Shown: positions 11,931 to 26,090, counted from the stretch's first letter. The stretch: DNA of 64,000 nt from Pavona decussata (GCA_977016875.1 CDRNST010000060.1:2356001-2420000); one strand, 5' to 3'. Notes: a model not told the origin generated them from the letters alone. A program made the numbers and translations.

Positions 11931-14471
11931 AGGAAGGGTTTCCTGGACGCCTAATTTGTTACACTACTCGTGTAATTTTGTTTTCAGTTGTACTCCGCAA
12001 GTTAAAAAGTTATGTAATGTAGTCTTTGTGTATAGTAATGTCGTACAGTATGTATTAGCGCGTAATGTATGCCAGTAGTGTAGCTATGTAATTTATGTAA
12101 TTATGTAAAAGATGTCTTCTTTAATCATAACTTGAATTAAAGGCCAAGCAATACCTGCAAAATTTTCTTGCACCTTGTTGCATTGCAAGTTGCGAATGTT
12201 TATTGCCCTTATTACAACCTACGCGCGCGACAAATTTTCATGTTGCAAAAGGTAGAAACAGCGTCTAATTTCTGCAACATGAAAATTTGTTGGGCGTGTA
12301 GGTTGTAGGTTGTTACTGGAACTGTCTCTGAACTTAATGTCCGCGGATGATCGATCTCCGCGCGCCCTTGCGAATGTTGTAGCGCAAGGAGTGGCTGATC
12401 GCTCACCATCATGGTGGGGCGTATCAGACGGAAAAAAGTAAGGGTACCTGGAGATTACGAATGCATGTTCTTGGTCATTTTCATTTTGACAGACAGTTGA
12501 CCCTGTTCGTAAAAGGTGATCTGAGTAACTAAACAGGACGAGACAAAACAAGGATATACTGGAGATTCGTTCCACCCGAATGGGTCCCCTCCAGTATCTA
12601 TTACATGAATTAGGAGCTTAAGTCTCTTGCACGGATGACATAAGCGTCTTTTATGCTTCTCGACAGCAAAGCGCCAAAGAAGGTTAAAAAATGTCTCTTA
12701 AAATCCACTCACACCGTGACCGTAACCGACCTTACCTTTCTCTAGACATGTTTGAAAAGTTACACCATCAAATTCCGATCGACTATAATCTTTTTCGAGA
12801 GAATTCGTTTCACGAGATTATTTTTCGTGCACGGCTTGTGTTTGGTGGGAGCTTCTTTCTCCTCCGCTTGCCGCAGAGGGAGGGTTGAGCGGAGAGAAAC
12901 TGAAGAGAGTCCCCCGCGTTCCTCATTATTTCCGCTCCTCTTTTTTTCCCCATTTCCGTCGTTCCTTCCATTTCCGAGTTTTTTCTCCTTTTTTTCTGAA
13001 GGAGACTCTGCGGAGGTAAGAAGGGGAGTTTCAGTTTCTGGAGGAAATTTTTCGTTTCAGAATGGTTGGGTAGACTAAACAAAAGCGTAAGACAACTAAA
13101 ATAGAACTCTTTGGGTTGTCGTGACTTATCGAAGGGGATATATCGATATATGTTTGGCGCTTTAATTAACATATTTTCGTAGTGGCTTAAATTTGGAATG
13201 TTACGTACGCCGCGCCAGCAGACACAATTGCATTGTATTTAAGCGCACGGTTTTATGGTGTCAAAGAACTACCGTAAATGAGATAAAGTAGGGATGGTCA
13301 TATGCAAAGTGGTTCTCAATTGAAATTTGAGGACAAAGTCTGGCGACGGTAACATTACTCGCCCACAAGTAAAAACACGCGCGAAGTTCTCGCGGGAAGC
13401 GAGAAGCCCTCTCAGACGAAACCGGAGACTTCACGTGAAAGGAAGACGTACGCTACTTTTTGTATATATGTGCAGTCATGGGTGCCATGGTTAGCTAGGG
13501 ACTTTGATCAGACAGTTCCCGGCTTGTTCTGCAACTGCGGAAAATATAATTTGATACACAATCTCATCAGTCAGTAAAGTTGTTTTTGGCGATTACCAGC
13601 GGTATTGAATACTGTAAAAGGATTTAAGCCCCTAAGTCCTAAGGAAAATAGTGAGTGGGGATTAAATTCAAATTTTAGAACTTCTCAAGCTCGTATTATC
13701 TTTCATGTGCTATATCATATCTCTTCCAAAGCAAAGACAATATTTATGATTGAAATATTCCGCCATTGCGTAATGAAATAAAAATGAAAGACGGGAAAAT
13801 CGAATGTTCCGGTTTTCTTGATGTAACTTGGTTTTCAAGAGGCAAAGCACTTTTAAAATTGATTTCACTCCTCTGTAGTAGTTTTATGTCTTCTTTTTTT
13901 AAACGCCAGAGTTTATAAATCTCAGTACTGTACGTAGTCTTATGGAGTGTGACCTGGCTGATTCAAAGACAAAAATCTCGAGGATATTTTTGTGGTTTTG
14001 TTTATTTTGGTATACAAACTAGTTCTGACTCTGGATGAAAGCCTAACAGTGTGCCATTCAGAAAAAATGAACGTATATTTTGCAGTAGTTTCCTGTGCAA
14101 TAATCCTTTAATTCTTACCATTCAAACTGCAGCACGTTCACTTTCGTTTTAATTAGCGCTGTTTGTTACGCTGTACGAAGTAGTTCGATTCTAAATACTT
14201 CCGTGCGCGCTGTTTAGTTTTAACCAGTTACAAAACAAAAGGGTTTTTTATGCCCCTGGCCTAGCGCCCAACATGGCTTTAAAGTGGTTTTAAAATGTCG
14301 CCGGTCGCTGCGTCCTTCCTCAGCGCGGAACTAGTTTAAATATCGCAAAACTCGGACAAAGAGCCAAGGCATAGGGCGAACGGAAGCGATTACAGATTTA
14401 TGCCGATTATGCTGATTATGCGTATGCATAAACGTAAACGGAAGCTATTCTATCAAGTAATTGTCCGTGCA

Positions 14472-14486
14472 GTTTCCCATAGCAAC
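14472..14486. promoter_or_regulatory. RFX X-box-like motif within a CpG-rich patch
   Basis: GTTTCCCATAGCAAC fits GTNRCC(N0-3)RGYAAC with one mismatch; CGGAAG (ETS-like) sites nearby at about 14381 and 14438. Confidence 0.35.
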
Positions 14487-15935
14487 CGACCCTCAATCAA
14501 TTATCGCGCGTTTCTTAACAGCAGGTTGGTCACGCTTCAGTAATGCGTCACGCAAATTTCGACGCGCATCTGAAATTTTAGTTTCGTTGTCGGATATATT
14601 TTCCTTCGCCAGCCGGTCAAGATTAGTACCATCTTCGATCACCAAATTGCGGTGATAAGACATGATCACGACACTGTATACTACATACGGCGAAGAGCCT
14701 CGAGTTCGGGTGAGTTAAATCGTTGATGACTTCATGGTGTAGAGCATTTTGCCGTCCGTAGGGACTATAACAATTTATCGCGCGTACAGACGAAGCTTAA
14801 ATGTTGTCGTCATCTATATTAATGGTCGGCGTTTTTTCGAAGGACCCGACAGCGAAGACGAACGACGGTGAAAGTCGACGAAAAATGGTGAGCTTACTCA
14901 TTTTGTCTATAATTTTATTAACCTGTAGTTTTGGTCATTCAAACATTTCCCTTTTTAAGCTATGAATAGCCGGTATTGTATTACTGTCTTTTTACGATGT
15001 GCCTCTGTTGGCTAAATATCCTGCTGGATATCATGGGTGACGAAAAAAGTATGTGAACTTTAGAATTCTTTAATAATGAGTTAAAATTGAAAATCCCTTC
15101 ACGTGTGCTCAGTTCGATATTTTGAAGTCTTGCCCTTTCTTGCATTTTACGTGCACACACGGAACCCTTCAGGCTCAGTCTAAATCCGGTGTAAGACGAA
15201 AAGGCGCGCTGCCGAAGGTAGGGCGCGATATATTGTTTATATTTAGAAACGAGTGCTTCTGATCTAAGTATGCGGCTAAAGATTTTAAGTTACAGAAAAG
15301 TGTGGCCCACAAACAGTAAATAGTGTTCTTTGTAATTGAACGCAGATATTTCGAGGAATGCTAATTTACGCATACCACGCAGTCGTAATGCCTTTTGTGG
15401 GGTATAAAATTCGACCACCTCGCGTCATATCACCTGACTGAATTTCCGATTCTATCTTGAGGCCGATACCCTTGACCCCACCTCGTATTGCTTTTTCAAC
15501 GTGATAAACGGCAACCAACCAGTCACGTTTGACGCGGTTTTCAAGAGATTATGATATTAGACATGGTTTAATATGAGGAGAGCCAGTTTCCCGGTAACAG
15601 GCGGTAAAATAAAAATGCAATGGGAACCATTTGCTTATCGTGGCCGAAACCTCTGGTAATTTGGTTGATGTTTAGCCAAGCTCAAACACAAAACCATATT
15701 TTGAATTCCCAAATAAATGATTATTCATAACCTGTTTACTCCTCCCTCTGAATTCCCTATCCCCGCCGCCCTCTTTAAAGTTAAAACAGCAAGCATCTGC
15801 TTTTCCACTTTCAACATCAATCTGAAACCAAAATAGCAAAGGCCACAATCTCGGCTATCTATATATAGCTCATACGTACAAGGGAGGATCCCAAGGTGTC
15901 TTCATCAACGAGAGCTGTATTGGCATAGTTAATAG

Positions 15936-16061
15936 TAGCCTGTGAACAGGCTCCCAATTGGGGAAAAAAACCTGAATCGGCGAGACGGGCGAGCGGAGCG
16001 CGGTATGGGCTCGATTTTCATCTTCGCGCTATACCCCACTTGGGAGCCTGTTCACAGGCTA
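15936..16061. mobile_element. MITE (tagcct family) with 9-bp TSD
   Basis: TIRs tagcctgtgaacaggctccca / tgggagcctgttcacaggcta; TSD agttaatag at 15927-15935 and 16062-16070. Confidence 0.85.
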
Positions 16062-19000
16062 AGTTAATAGCTTCTTCCGTGTGGCCAAAATAGCAAAGGA
16101 AACCAAAATAGTCGAGGCGATCTTTCCTAATCGCTTCACATTCCTTCTTTCGGCATATTGGCGCTGGTAGAAGACGGTGAAAAACAGCCTGAACTAACAT
16201 TATTCCGAATGGATTTATTTGCCAGCACAGTAATATGAAGAGAAACGGTGGATAGAAAATGGTACATACACGTAGTTGTTCACTATACCGGTTAGTTTTA
16301 TAGCTTTCATGCTGGAGCAAATACGGTTCACGTTATGCTTGGAATGCCGGGCAAAAATATCTATACGATCCGGCGGAAGCAGCGCTCCGGAAAGTATAAC
16401 AACACTTGTGAAGTCGACAAGGGGAACCTTGCGCTCGCTTGGAAAGGAAGCGAATGCTATACGCAGGCTAATATTAAATCCGGCGCAAAATCTATCCAAT
16501 ACATGGTCTTCTAAATGGCATATACAAGGACGGGCAAGTTTGCGCAAACTGAATCGCCACCCGTGAAGACTGCGTGTACTCTTGACAGTTCGAGGCTTTT
16601 TGCTCTCAAGCAAGGTGTGCGCCTAGAATCTTAAAATGATTCAATCCATTCCCCGCCTCGTTGTCAGGGAGTGATGAAAGTGAAACAAGGATGTGTCACC
16701 CTCAGCTGAAACCGGCAAAGCATCACCGTTCCCGTTTAAAACCTGGTCAGTTAAAATGGATGCCAAATAAGGATTTCATATCAGGAGACACATGCCTGTC
16801 CTTTCATATTATCCTGTTTCGCTCTCTTCTGGTTCCGAGACAATTGCTGAATGAGAATTATGTTGACGTGACCTAACACGGCTAATAACTTTGGTTACAG
16901 CATGCACGTTTTGATGTCTGATTAAATTTTTCCTTAGAACTTCCAGCGCCGGAATATCGGAAGAATTTTAAGAGCAAATGTTACCATCGGTCAAACATTT
17001 GGTGGCAACAGCTCAAAAATCAATTCGGCCCATATTCTCAAGTTAGGTAGACCTCAATGTGAAACAAATCACTGCATAGTTTGTTTAGCTAAATATCGAT
17101 TCATTTTCGAGAAAATCGATAATAATAAAATTCTGTGAAAATGCCGCTTCTGGAGCTTGGATTTTGGGGCGATTTAGGAAGCTTCGCGTAACGAATTAAA
17201 ACACTTTAGAGAAATAAAATCCATCAAATTTTGTACAATGATACCAAAATGTGTGTTACAAGCAATTTCAGCAATTCTCGACAACTTACTTTCATAATGT
17301 GAATAAATCTGTCCGACCTACTTTTATCAAGATGAAAAATGGGCCAAAAATAACCTATTATTTCAGCATGTGGTACCGAATATAATGCCTCAAAAAATTG
17401 GATTTTGAGAGCCGAAGACTTGTTCTTTTAGATTTCCCAAGGACTTTTTGGGGAAATGATTCAGTGCGATGTAATCAAATTTTGAATTTGGATAAATTGC
17501 ACTATTTCAACTGATCCCGTGAAGTCACCTGAACGCACGCAACTATTAATGTTTCGATGATTATGTTTAACCTTAAGCTAATTTGACATAATAAGTTACC
17601 TTTATGTTTTAAAAATCAAAGATGAAGGCTATAGTAGTGCTGTCTCACCGTTCGATACCAAATACACACCGCCAGATAACTTGTAAAGACAATAAAATGC
17701 AAAGTGTCATGTTTGTTTTGAAATGCGGACGTGCTGTTTAGATGGGAAAATTTTCCGATGTTGTTTTCGAGAAACGAGTAGCTTTTAAAAATGATTTTCG
17801 TAAGCCTTTCCGTTAAACCCAGTTTTAAAGTGAACAGCAACCAAAGGCGAACAACAAGCTATTTGTTTCAGCTCTCTTGGAGTTTATTTGAAAGGCAAAT
17901 AATCCGTCTCAATTTCGACAAGCCGGAGCAATTTCCAACGTTGGATCATGAAATCAAACGGTCTGTTGAATTCCTTGATCACGAATTACAAATAAAGGAT
18001 TTCACTTGTAAATAATATATACATCCACTTACATTTTCCTCGTGGACGGACCTGGGCTTTCTTAAGTTGGATTCGTCAACAAGGTAAGCGAAGGAAACAC
18101 GCTCAATCGTTGCGTGACAAATTCCTACTTCCGGGATTCGGGCCGGAAGTTCCTAGGCTAAGGGAAGTCACTTTTAACCCTCACCCCTGGTAGCCAGTCA
18201 TTCAAAACTAGCTATTTTTCAATTTAACTTAAATGCAGCATCTCAGTGTTGATAATCATTCTAACAGATCACACCTGACCAGTAGTCTTGGAATATAATA
18301 CTAATCACAGCCATCAATCACTCGAGTTGTTCGGTCCCCAAAGCACAGAGCATCCGAGCCTTTACAGTCCCAAAACCTAGGTCATTGTTTTGCGCGCGGT
18401 CAGAAAGGCCAATACACACGTTATGCCAGAAAGAAAACTGTCGAACTCATCTTACCTGCTGATATTCGAAAACACGCTCTTGCGTTAAATGCTATTCAAA
18501 AAAGAGTGAATGAGAGGAGCCGATAGAGCAACATTACTTTTGTGCCAGCGATGGAACAGAATCGTGTACCGGCCACGCAAGCTAAAACTTATGCAAATTT
18601 ACCGCTTTACGTAAATTGTTTACTGAATTAACTTCAATCTGTGAAAACAGTTAGCCAAACCCACCATTCGTTGGTGATCTAACTATGGCCAAGACACTTA
18701 AGAATTAATGAGGTGCCGTAACTTCTAGCTACTGCAGGTTTTATTTAGGGTTCTCGGAGGTTTATAGCAGGAAAAAGAAAGAAAGAAAACATGATTTAAC
18801 ACTTTATTTGCTTATACTTCACCTTGAAGTAAAAACGTTCAAGCAGTTTAATGCGTTTGGTCACCAGAACGACATACTATTGTCCATAAACTAATTATAA
18901 ATTACCAGTGCACGCTGGGATGGGGGACTTCCTGCTAGAAATCATAAACGTCACAGGGTGTGCCTCAATTCTCCTTTTGTGGGCGTGGCTCTTATTCATT

Positions 19001-19099
19001 TTTTCGCCAATTTTGACAACTAGTTATTTTTCCCATCACATATTTGTTTTTCCTAGCTTACACCCTAAAAAGTATCAGGATAACTTTCACGTTAACCGG

Positions 19100-21255
19100 T
19101 TCAGATTTGAATGCAATTAGCAGTGTTAATTACAAAATTGAACCCCATCACTTTAATTTGGGAGTCCCTTCCGGATTCACATGATTTAAATGGTAACAGA
19201 CGCAGCGATCAAAATCATGCTGGTGTCGGAAATGTTGTTGACAACGGTCAGGCACTTTCGAAAATTACTGAACGTTTTGTAGGCTACTGCTCTGTTCTAG
19301 ACATTTTGATCAACCGTTCAAGTTTTACATGTGCAACCACAACTGGCAACTACGCCTTCGATAATTTATACATAGCGCTGCTTACGTTTGCCAGTCATAG
19401 AAGCTTTTGAGCCGCTGCTGTGAAGCAATAGATGATGTTTAGCTATGTTAAAGTGATACCTGGACAAGTTAGGTATCCATTTTAGCAGATCTTTGAAATT
19501 CACATGTCTGCAATGATGGACAAAATCTGCCTTCTGCTGCTCCAGTGTTCCTCATTGTTAGAACATTCGGCAAGACATTCCATCAGTGAGGAATCGATAG
19601 TATTTTTTCAAGCTTTGATTTAACCAGCGATGAGAGTATCGTTACAGCTTCCCCTGGAGCAATCTCATCCAAGCATGCATTAAGAGTTTGTCGCGCTTTT
19701 CTTGTATAAAGCGTTTTTTCCTCTCGGAAGCTTCTTCCCATTGTTTTTTCAGATAATGACGTTGTTTGAAATCAGGAACTCGTTCAGCTTTTTCCTTGGT
19801 GTTAAGTTTTTTTCTTCAACAAAAGATGGTTCATAACGGCTTCTTTCTAATTAATGACATAGGACTTGATACTAGCATAAAAAAAGACTTCAACCTCTTC
19901 CTGTTCCTCCTCCTCTTCCCCTCCTCGTCAAATNNNNNNNNNNNNNNNNNNNNNNNNNNNNNNNNNNNNNNNNNNNNNNNNNNNNNNNNNNNNNNNNNNN
20001 NNNNNNNNNNNNNNNNNNNNNNNNNNNNNNNNNNNNNNNNNNNNNNNNNNNNNNNNNNNNNNNNNNNNNNNNNNNNNNNNNNNNNNNNNNNNNNNNNNNN
20101 NNNNNNNNNNNNNNNNNNNNNNNNNNNNNNNNNNNAAAGAAGTAGGGAAGGAAGGAAAGAGAAAGAGAGGAAAAGAAAGAATTTTAAATATCTATAACAA
20201 TATAACGAAGAGGGGTCAACTGACAATCGGAAGCATTAAACCCAGTGTCTTAGTAGGTAACTTTTCGCCGGCGTGAACAAGGGAATTTTTTTGAGAAAAA
20301 TGGGCTAAAATCACGGAACTGTCTTTTGCATTGCGAATGCCGGAATACGTAACGTAGCCTCCACAACGAAACTGGTCCCAACGACAATGTGCGGAGACAA
20401 GTCCTTTCAATGTGCTACACATATAATAATTGCAAAAAAAGTAGCAGCGTTGCGTTTACCCACCAGTCCCCTAGTTAGACTTTTACACGGATCATAAAGA
20501 TTGCTGGGTGTGCCATGGTGTGGGGAGAGTTACCTATCTCTTTATTCTTTATTCATCTCCACATCTCCACATAATACTAACTGACTGACTGACGGCAAGC
20601 TGATAATAAGTAATGTGGTTTAAAGCTTACCAAGTTTAATTTACTCATTTGTCTCAGTAAACTTGCTTTAATAGGTCGAGACTGTAAAGTTACAGTGGCT
20701 GTCTCTCCTTCAGTCTGCTACAAGCGCCCTGAGGGTTTTCCGACATGTTGCGCAAATACCTATAGGAAATCTAGTGCTCCGTGCTAAGACAAGCGAGTTC
20801 GAGAAAAAAGGCAAGGTATGCAAAAAGTCAACTTACCTGAGCCTACTTGAAGAAATACTCCGGCCAGTTTTCGTTATTATTATTTGCGTATCAATTTTCC
20901 CGATTCCTCGGTCGCATTTTGGCCACTTTTTGCCCCTTTTGTCATGAGTGGACAATACCTCTGGCATTCTGCACCTCGCATTTGATCCCCTTCTTCAGCC
21001 AAAACCAAGCTTCTCGCGATGCAAGGGACAAATGGTCATAGAATCTATGTTTCCAGGATGAGTAAATATCTCTACTCGGCTGAGAATAAGGTCAACTTCG
21101 TCCTTTGGACCCAAAAAACCAAGACTAGCCATATGATTGAAAATGTCTTTTGAATAGGCCAGCGAAGGGATGATTTGTGTTTCTTTTTTCCTGTCTCTCG
21201 TGTCAAATCCAAAAATTCCTCCCTCGAGAGACTTATAAGAGCAACACACCTGCAC
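19100..21255 (-). pseudogene. Disrupted, intron-containing transposase-like gene of the Sola3-like element
   Basis: Fragments DEVDLILSR...MTICPLHREKLG (21255-20995); GS G|gtaag intron cctatag|GT ICATCRK (acceptor at 20759); QWEEASERK...ECLAECSNNEEHWSSRRQILSIIAD...WIPNLSRYHFNIAKHHLLLH (~19750-19415). Many stops and frameshifts. Confidence 0.65.
19934..20135. other. Assembly gap flanked by purine/pyrimidine low-complexity sequence
   Basis: Run of N; CCT-rich on the left, GAAA-rich on the right. Confidence 1.
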
Positions 21256-23842
21256 ATTCGCGCAATAACAAGCGCAGTTCTCGGTGTTTACAAACGTTTC
21301 ACTAAACCAGTTACTTTAGATTAATCAATTAGAAGCAAACAAAATTGACGGATGTCTTAAAATACAGACCGCCCTGTCGAATTTGACTTAAAATTTTATT
21401 ATTTAAAAAACGTTAAAAAGGATGCTTAAAACTCCCGAAAAAACAATTAAAATGATTTATTGTTTTTCCCGGTTTCACGGTAGCAGTGCCGCGAAGTAGT
21501 GTTTTCTACAGTGATCCTATTTTATGATTTATTGCCTTTTTGGCTTCTTTTGATTGCTTCTACTTTTTGCCTTTTTTTATCGTTGATATTTTAAATACAA
21601 AAGCTCGACCTATGGTCCGCCTACTATGTGTTCCATGTTCCAATTTTTAAATTTTCCGATGCTTGTAAATTTCACTTGAACTCCCTCTGAATTAATTAGT
21701 TGTATTTCACAATTCAAGAAACACGGAAACACATGTGTTTTAATTTAAGGACGTTTGGTCCTTTTTTTCGCTCGCTGTTCTGTTCAACGCTGATGTTTTA
21801 GGAAAGACGATTTACGAAAGACGTTTGAAGGCCATTTTTGAGAAAAATGAAAACAGAGAATGTTCGCATCAGAAACGTGAGGAAGTAAACAACAATGGTA
21901 CAGTGCCGCCATATCGTGGGAAGTGATCCTTCAGGTTGGTTCAATTTTTTCACGAAGGAAATGGCAATTGCAGGACTGCAGTCTTTATATTTGATTTGTA
22001 AACAAGGAGGAGTTTGTATGCTAAATTAGATTTCGAATGAGCGTAAACTGCGAAATAATATAAGTTGGTCGTGTATGTGTACAGTTGAGGTAATTCACCG
22101 GATCAGTTGAAACAGCGCTATTTATATAACTTTAAAATTCAATTTCATCGCACTGAATCACTTCCCAAAAAAATCCTTTGGGGACGTAAAAGACCAACTC
22201 TTTCCCTTAAAAAACACAGATTATTAGTTAATTACATTCGGTACCACATGCTTAAATAATAGGTTAATTTGGGCCATCTTTTCATCTTGGAAAAAGTAGG
22301 TCGGACAAATACTTTTACATTTTAAAAGTAAATGGTCAAAAATTCCTCAAATTGTTTGTAACATACACTTTCGACATCTTTCCACAAGATATGATAGTTT
22401 CTATTTCTCTGGAGTGTTTTATTTTGTAACACGAAGCTTCGTAAATCGCCCTAAATTTTATACTCAAACAGCGGTATTTTCAGAGAATTCGGTTATTATC
22501 GATTTTCTCGAAAATGAATCGATATTTAACTAAACAAAGTATGCAGTCACTTGTTTCACATTAAGGTCTACCTAACTTGAGAAAATGGGCCGAATTGATT
22601 TTTGAGCCGTTGCCACGATATTTCAAAAATGTTTGATTTTTGGCAACATTTGCTCTTAAGGTGCTATATTTGGTCAATTTCCGTCTCGTTTGAGTCGAAG
22701 TCAGAGCGAGGTAGGGAGAGCGTATTTCGAAACTGTTCCACCAGCTGAGAAGCTTGAGAGAGCATGACAAAGAAATAAAAAAACGCAAGTAAAGCGAACG
22801 GGTCAGCGCCTGAAAAAGTTTGACCTTTTCAGCGCATGCGTGGGTGCTTTCAGTTTGGCTCTTCAACAAGACGAGATTATCCTTTGTTTATCTCAAGCAA
22901 AACTTGTATTGAGTGTCTCTGAACATTAGACGTGATGCATCAGCACACTGGTGCCACGTTATCTAGAGTGCACTGGCCATGAACTGCGGCACGGAAAGTT
23001 GGAAGGCTAAACAGATCTCCGTAATTATATTTATATCAAATATGAATCCTAAATAAACGTGCAATTTGCGAAAGCAAAATTGAAAAATTTCGTGTTGGAA
23101 AAATCCTTATTCTACTGCCAATAAGTAGTCACGTTAACATTGACATGGCCCACAAAAAGACCATTTCATCAGTGACTTCCTCGTGGAAACAGATAGCATT
23201 TTATTTTAAAAGAACATTTCAGTTAACCGGGAACTCGAGAAAAATTTCTTCTCAAACGCTGTCTTTTGGTCGTAAAAATTCTGCCTCTAGTAATTTGCCT
23301 GTTCAGTCTCCTATATCAAATTTATATTCTTCTACGCTATTCTCCGTTTCGTTCTATGTAACAATAAAATGATTGGACTAATTTATGAGTCACAAGGGGG
23401 CGTGGAGGTTATGTGGGAGGTGAACGTGAGGTCGCTTACAAAATAAGGCGGATACGACTAAGTACGAGGCTTATCTTGCCTCACTCTCCAACCACACACT
23501 TGTGATGAGCAGTTGAAGTACATAAAAACTCAAACTTTGAGTGGATTAAGTGCACCTCAAATTAGATCTTAGGTGTGTCAAAAACAAACCACGCCAATGG
23601 GCGTTTCGTTTGTAAAGGTGATCAAATTTGAATTTGTAACTTACAATTACAGGCGAGCGAATCAACCAACATGTTTTTTTTTTTTTTTTTTTTTGTCATA
23701 TTGATTGCGTTAATCAATATTGCTTCGTACGAATCTTGTGTCATGTTCTCTCGACACAGATACCTCATCATTCGGAAAGGGAATTCGATTTTTCATTTTT
23801 CGGCCCGCGGCACTACGTGCGGTTGATAAAGCTAAAAACAAT

Positions 23843-23952
23843 CATTAAAAACTGGATCATTGTATAATGCCGGCAAGTCCAGGTATTGTTACGCGCCTCC
23901 TTGGCTATCTGTCATCTCATATCCAACGCGCGCTCATGGAAAAATTGTTAAA
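23843..23952 (-). repeat. Dispersed repeat fragment, inverted copy of the family at 47835-48125
   Basis: aaaactggatcattgtata and catctcatatccaacgcgcgctc are reverse complements of segments at about 48105-48125 and 47845-47875. Confidence 0.65.
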
Positions 23953-26077
23953 TAGACCATAAAATGACGCCATAAACGGTTAAAAACTTGGCAGCGAAAC
24001 CACTCGCCTGCGGCTGGTGGTTCCACTTGAGTTTTGAACATTTTATGACGTCATTTTGTGGTCTATAAGAGTACAGACCATAGAAAACTGCCGTCGATCT
24101 GTTAAATAGAACTGATGTAAAATGTTAATACCGTTGATCCAAATAATCGGCTTTAGTAAAAGAGTAGAAACAAAGAAAACAATATATAGGAAAAAACAAA
24201 TGAAAATCCCGTGTAACTTGACAATGCGAACTTCCCACTTAACAATTGTAGCTGCAAGGAATAATAAGTGTAGTTTAAAAATAGGCATGACTCATTCGTT
24301 TTGGCGTTCTAATTTGTTTAACAAATTGCAAAAACCAACATGTTGTTCGTAAGTTTGACGCTGTTGCGAGAGGCTGCGAGTTAACAACGGCAGCTGTTTA
24401 TTAATTTTTAACATGACAGGTTTTAAACATGATTCGTTATGTTTTATTAAACGACGGGGTACTTTTTCGAAGCTGAAATTCTTTATATTCAACTTTTAAA
24501 GCGGTTACCACATTTGGTGACTTTGGTCGATTAAAACCGACAACAAACACAACTGAAACGCGATGAGCCAATCAAAATTCAAAGAAAAAGCGTGCAACTG
24601 GTGCCAAGCGAGTGCCAAGCGCGGGAAAACGAGAATATGCTAATTACTTTTGCGAGTGATGGTGCTTGTGATTGGGTGAAAACTAACAAGTACCTTTGCC
24701 TTTAAAATTGGTTAGAACACGCTGCACGATTTTATAGAGTTGAGTAGAAAAACAACAAGAACCAAAAAGATGGATGTTTATGTTTGATAACCTTTATCTT
24801 AAGTCAGGAGAAGGCCAAACCAGGTAAATTTACAAGAACGAACGAGTTCTTGTAAACTTACCACTTTGAACTTCCTCCTTACCTAACTATGTGCCCCTGG
24901 GTCTCCGAAGATGTACCGAATGCTGTGTGTAAGGAATAAAATAATTCCAAGTAGTTATACTATAGCCGCTTTGGTTTTTACTATAGAATGGGATTCGACC
25001 ATTTTAGGTTTGAAAAAAGGGTTCTGTCTCGCTTATACTGTTGGGTATAGAAATTTGTTATTTTGGCGTTCGAGAGTTTGTTTATTCTGGTTTGAAACAG
25101 GGTCACTGGTTTTAGAGCGATTTTAAATCTGAACACCACAAAGTAACCACTCTGACAAACTCACAACAAACGTACGTAAACAACGCAAGAAACCAATCCG
25201 AACTCGAAGAAAATTCAAGTGAATGGCGCCACTGAAGCGCGGGAAAGCGCATGCGAGCAAGTGCAGGAGGGAGGCAAGTGTCATTCTTGTAAACGGAGTG
25301 CACTAAAGCAAAACCAATGCAAAAGAAATTCTTCACGACATTCCATTGCTACAAGTTGACTTGGAATATGGTCGACGAGCGGAATATGGTCGACGAGCGA
25401 TGAAGACACGAGACGAAGCTCGGCACATGAAAAGTTCGACGTTTGAAAGCCGGGCTCTTTAACTTGCAAAATTAAGAAGTTCTCCTGACTTCACGAAAAC
25501 GGACGTTAAGAAAGTCTACTCTCAATTGAAAACCGCTCTGACTCAGCGCTAAAATAATTAAGCTACCTGTAATTCATGCAGTGTCAGTTTCGTGTCCCAA
25601 AACCACTCGCAACACGTGCGATATTTTCATCTTTCATTTTTCCTCATTAATCGTCACGTTTTTTTTTCTTGGGATAATAGACCAATTTAAGACACTTTCT
25701 GAAACGAGATAATAAAATGATCGAATGAAGAAATATTTCAGAGGAATGCGAGAAAAATTAAGTGAATATAAAAATACGGAAACAAATCCTGTACTAGAAC
25801 ATGAGCACTTTGTCATTTCTGATGTATGTGACATCGTTTAGCGATATCATAGCAGCTATGACATGTATGATGCTTTAATCCTCCGTATTGGCTTCGTATT
25901 TTCTCCATTACGTCACCTTGCAGCAACATAAATAGCTGGATTTCTTTCGTCTCTTAGCAGAAAACATAACCAAAGATTTCATTCACAGCCAGTATTTAAA
26001 CGCCTACTCGTGATGTTGCGAAAACAATTATTTTCTTCTGACTACGGCTTGCGTTAAGTCACGTGCAGTTTAACGTG

Positions 26078-26090
26078 GTTACCAAGCAAC
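26078..26090. promoter_or_regulatory. RFX X-box-like motif near E-box (cacgtg) and CRE-like sites
   Basis: GTTACCAAGCAAC; gtcacgtg about 15 nt upstream; ttacgtca near 25909. Confidence 0.3.

Larger units (their letters stand above)
16972..22655 (-). mobile_element. Decayed Sola3-like DNA transposon (~5.7 kb, includes a gap)
   Basis: TTAA|GAGCAAATG...CATTTGCTC|TTAA termini; long imperfect TIRs (~16972-17590 and ~22017-22655); minus-strand transposase-like relics inside. TTAA TSD, GAG..CTC ends and several-hundred-bp TIRs are the described hallmarks of Sola3. Confidence 0.75.

Noticed and set aside
14490-14663. Minus-strand ~56-aa ORF MSYHRNLVIEDG...KKRAIID
   Set aside because: Protein-like composition but short, with stops upstream and no recognisable family; may be a transposon relic or chance.
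16215-16613. Overlapping 96-132 aa ORFs
   Set aside because: Non-ATG starts, no recognisable domain or splice structure.
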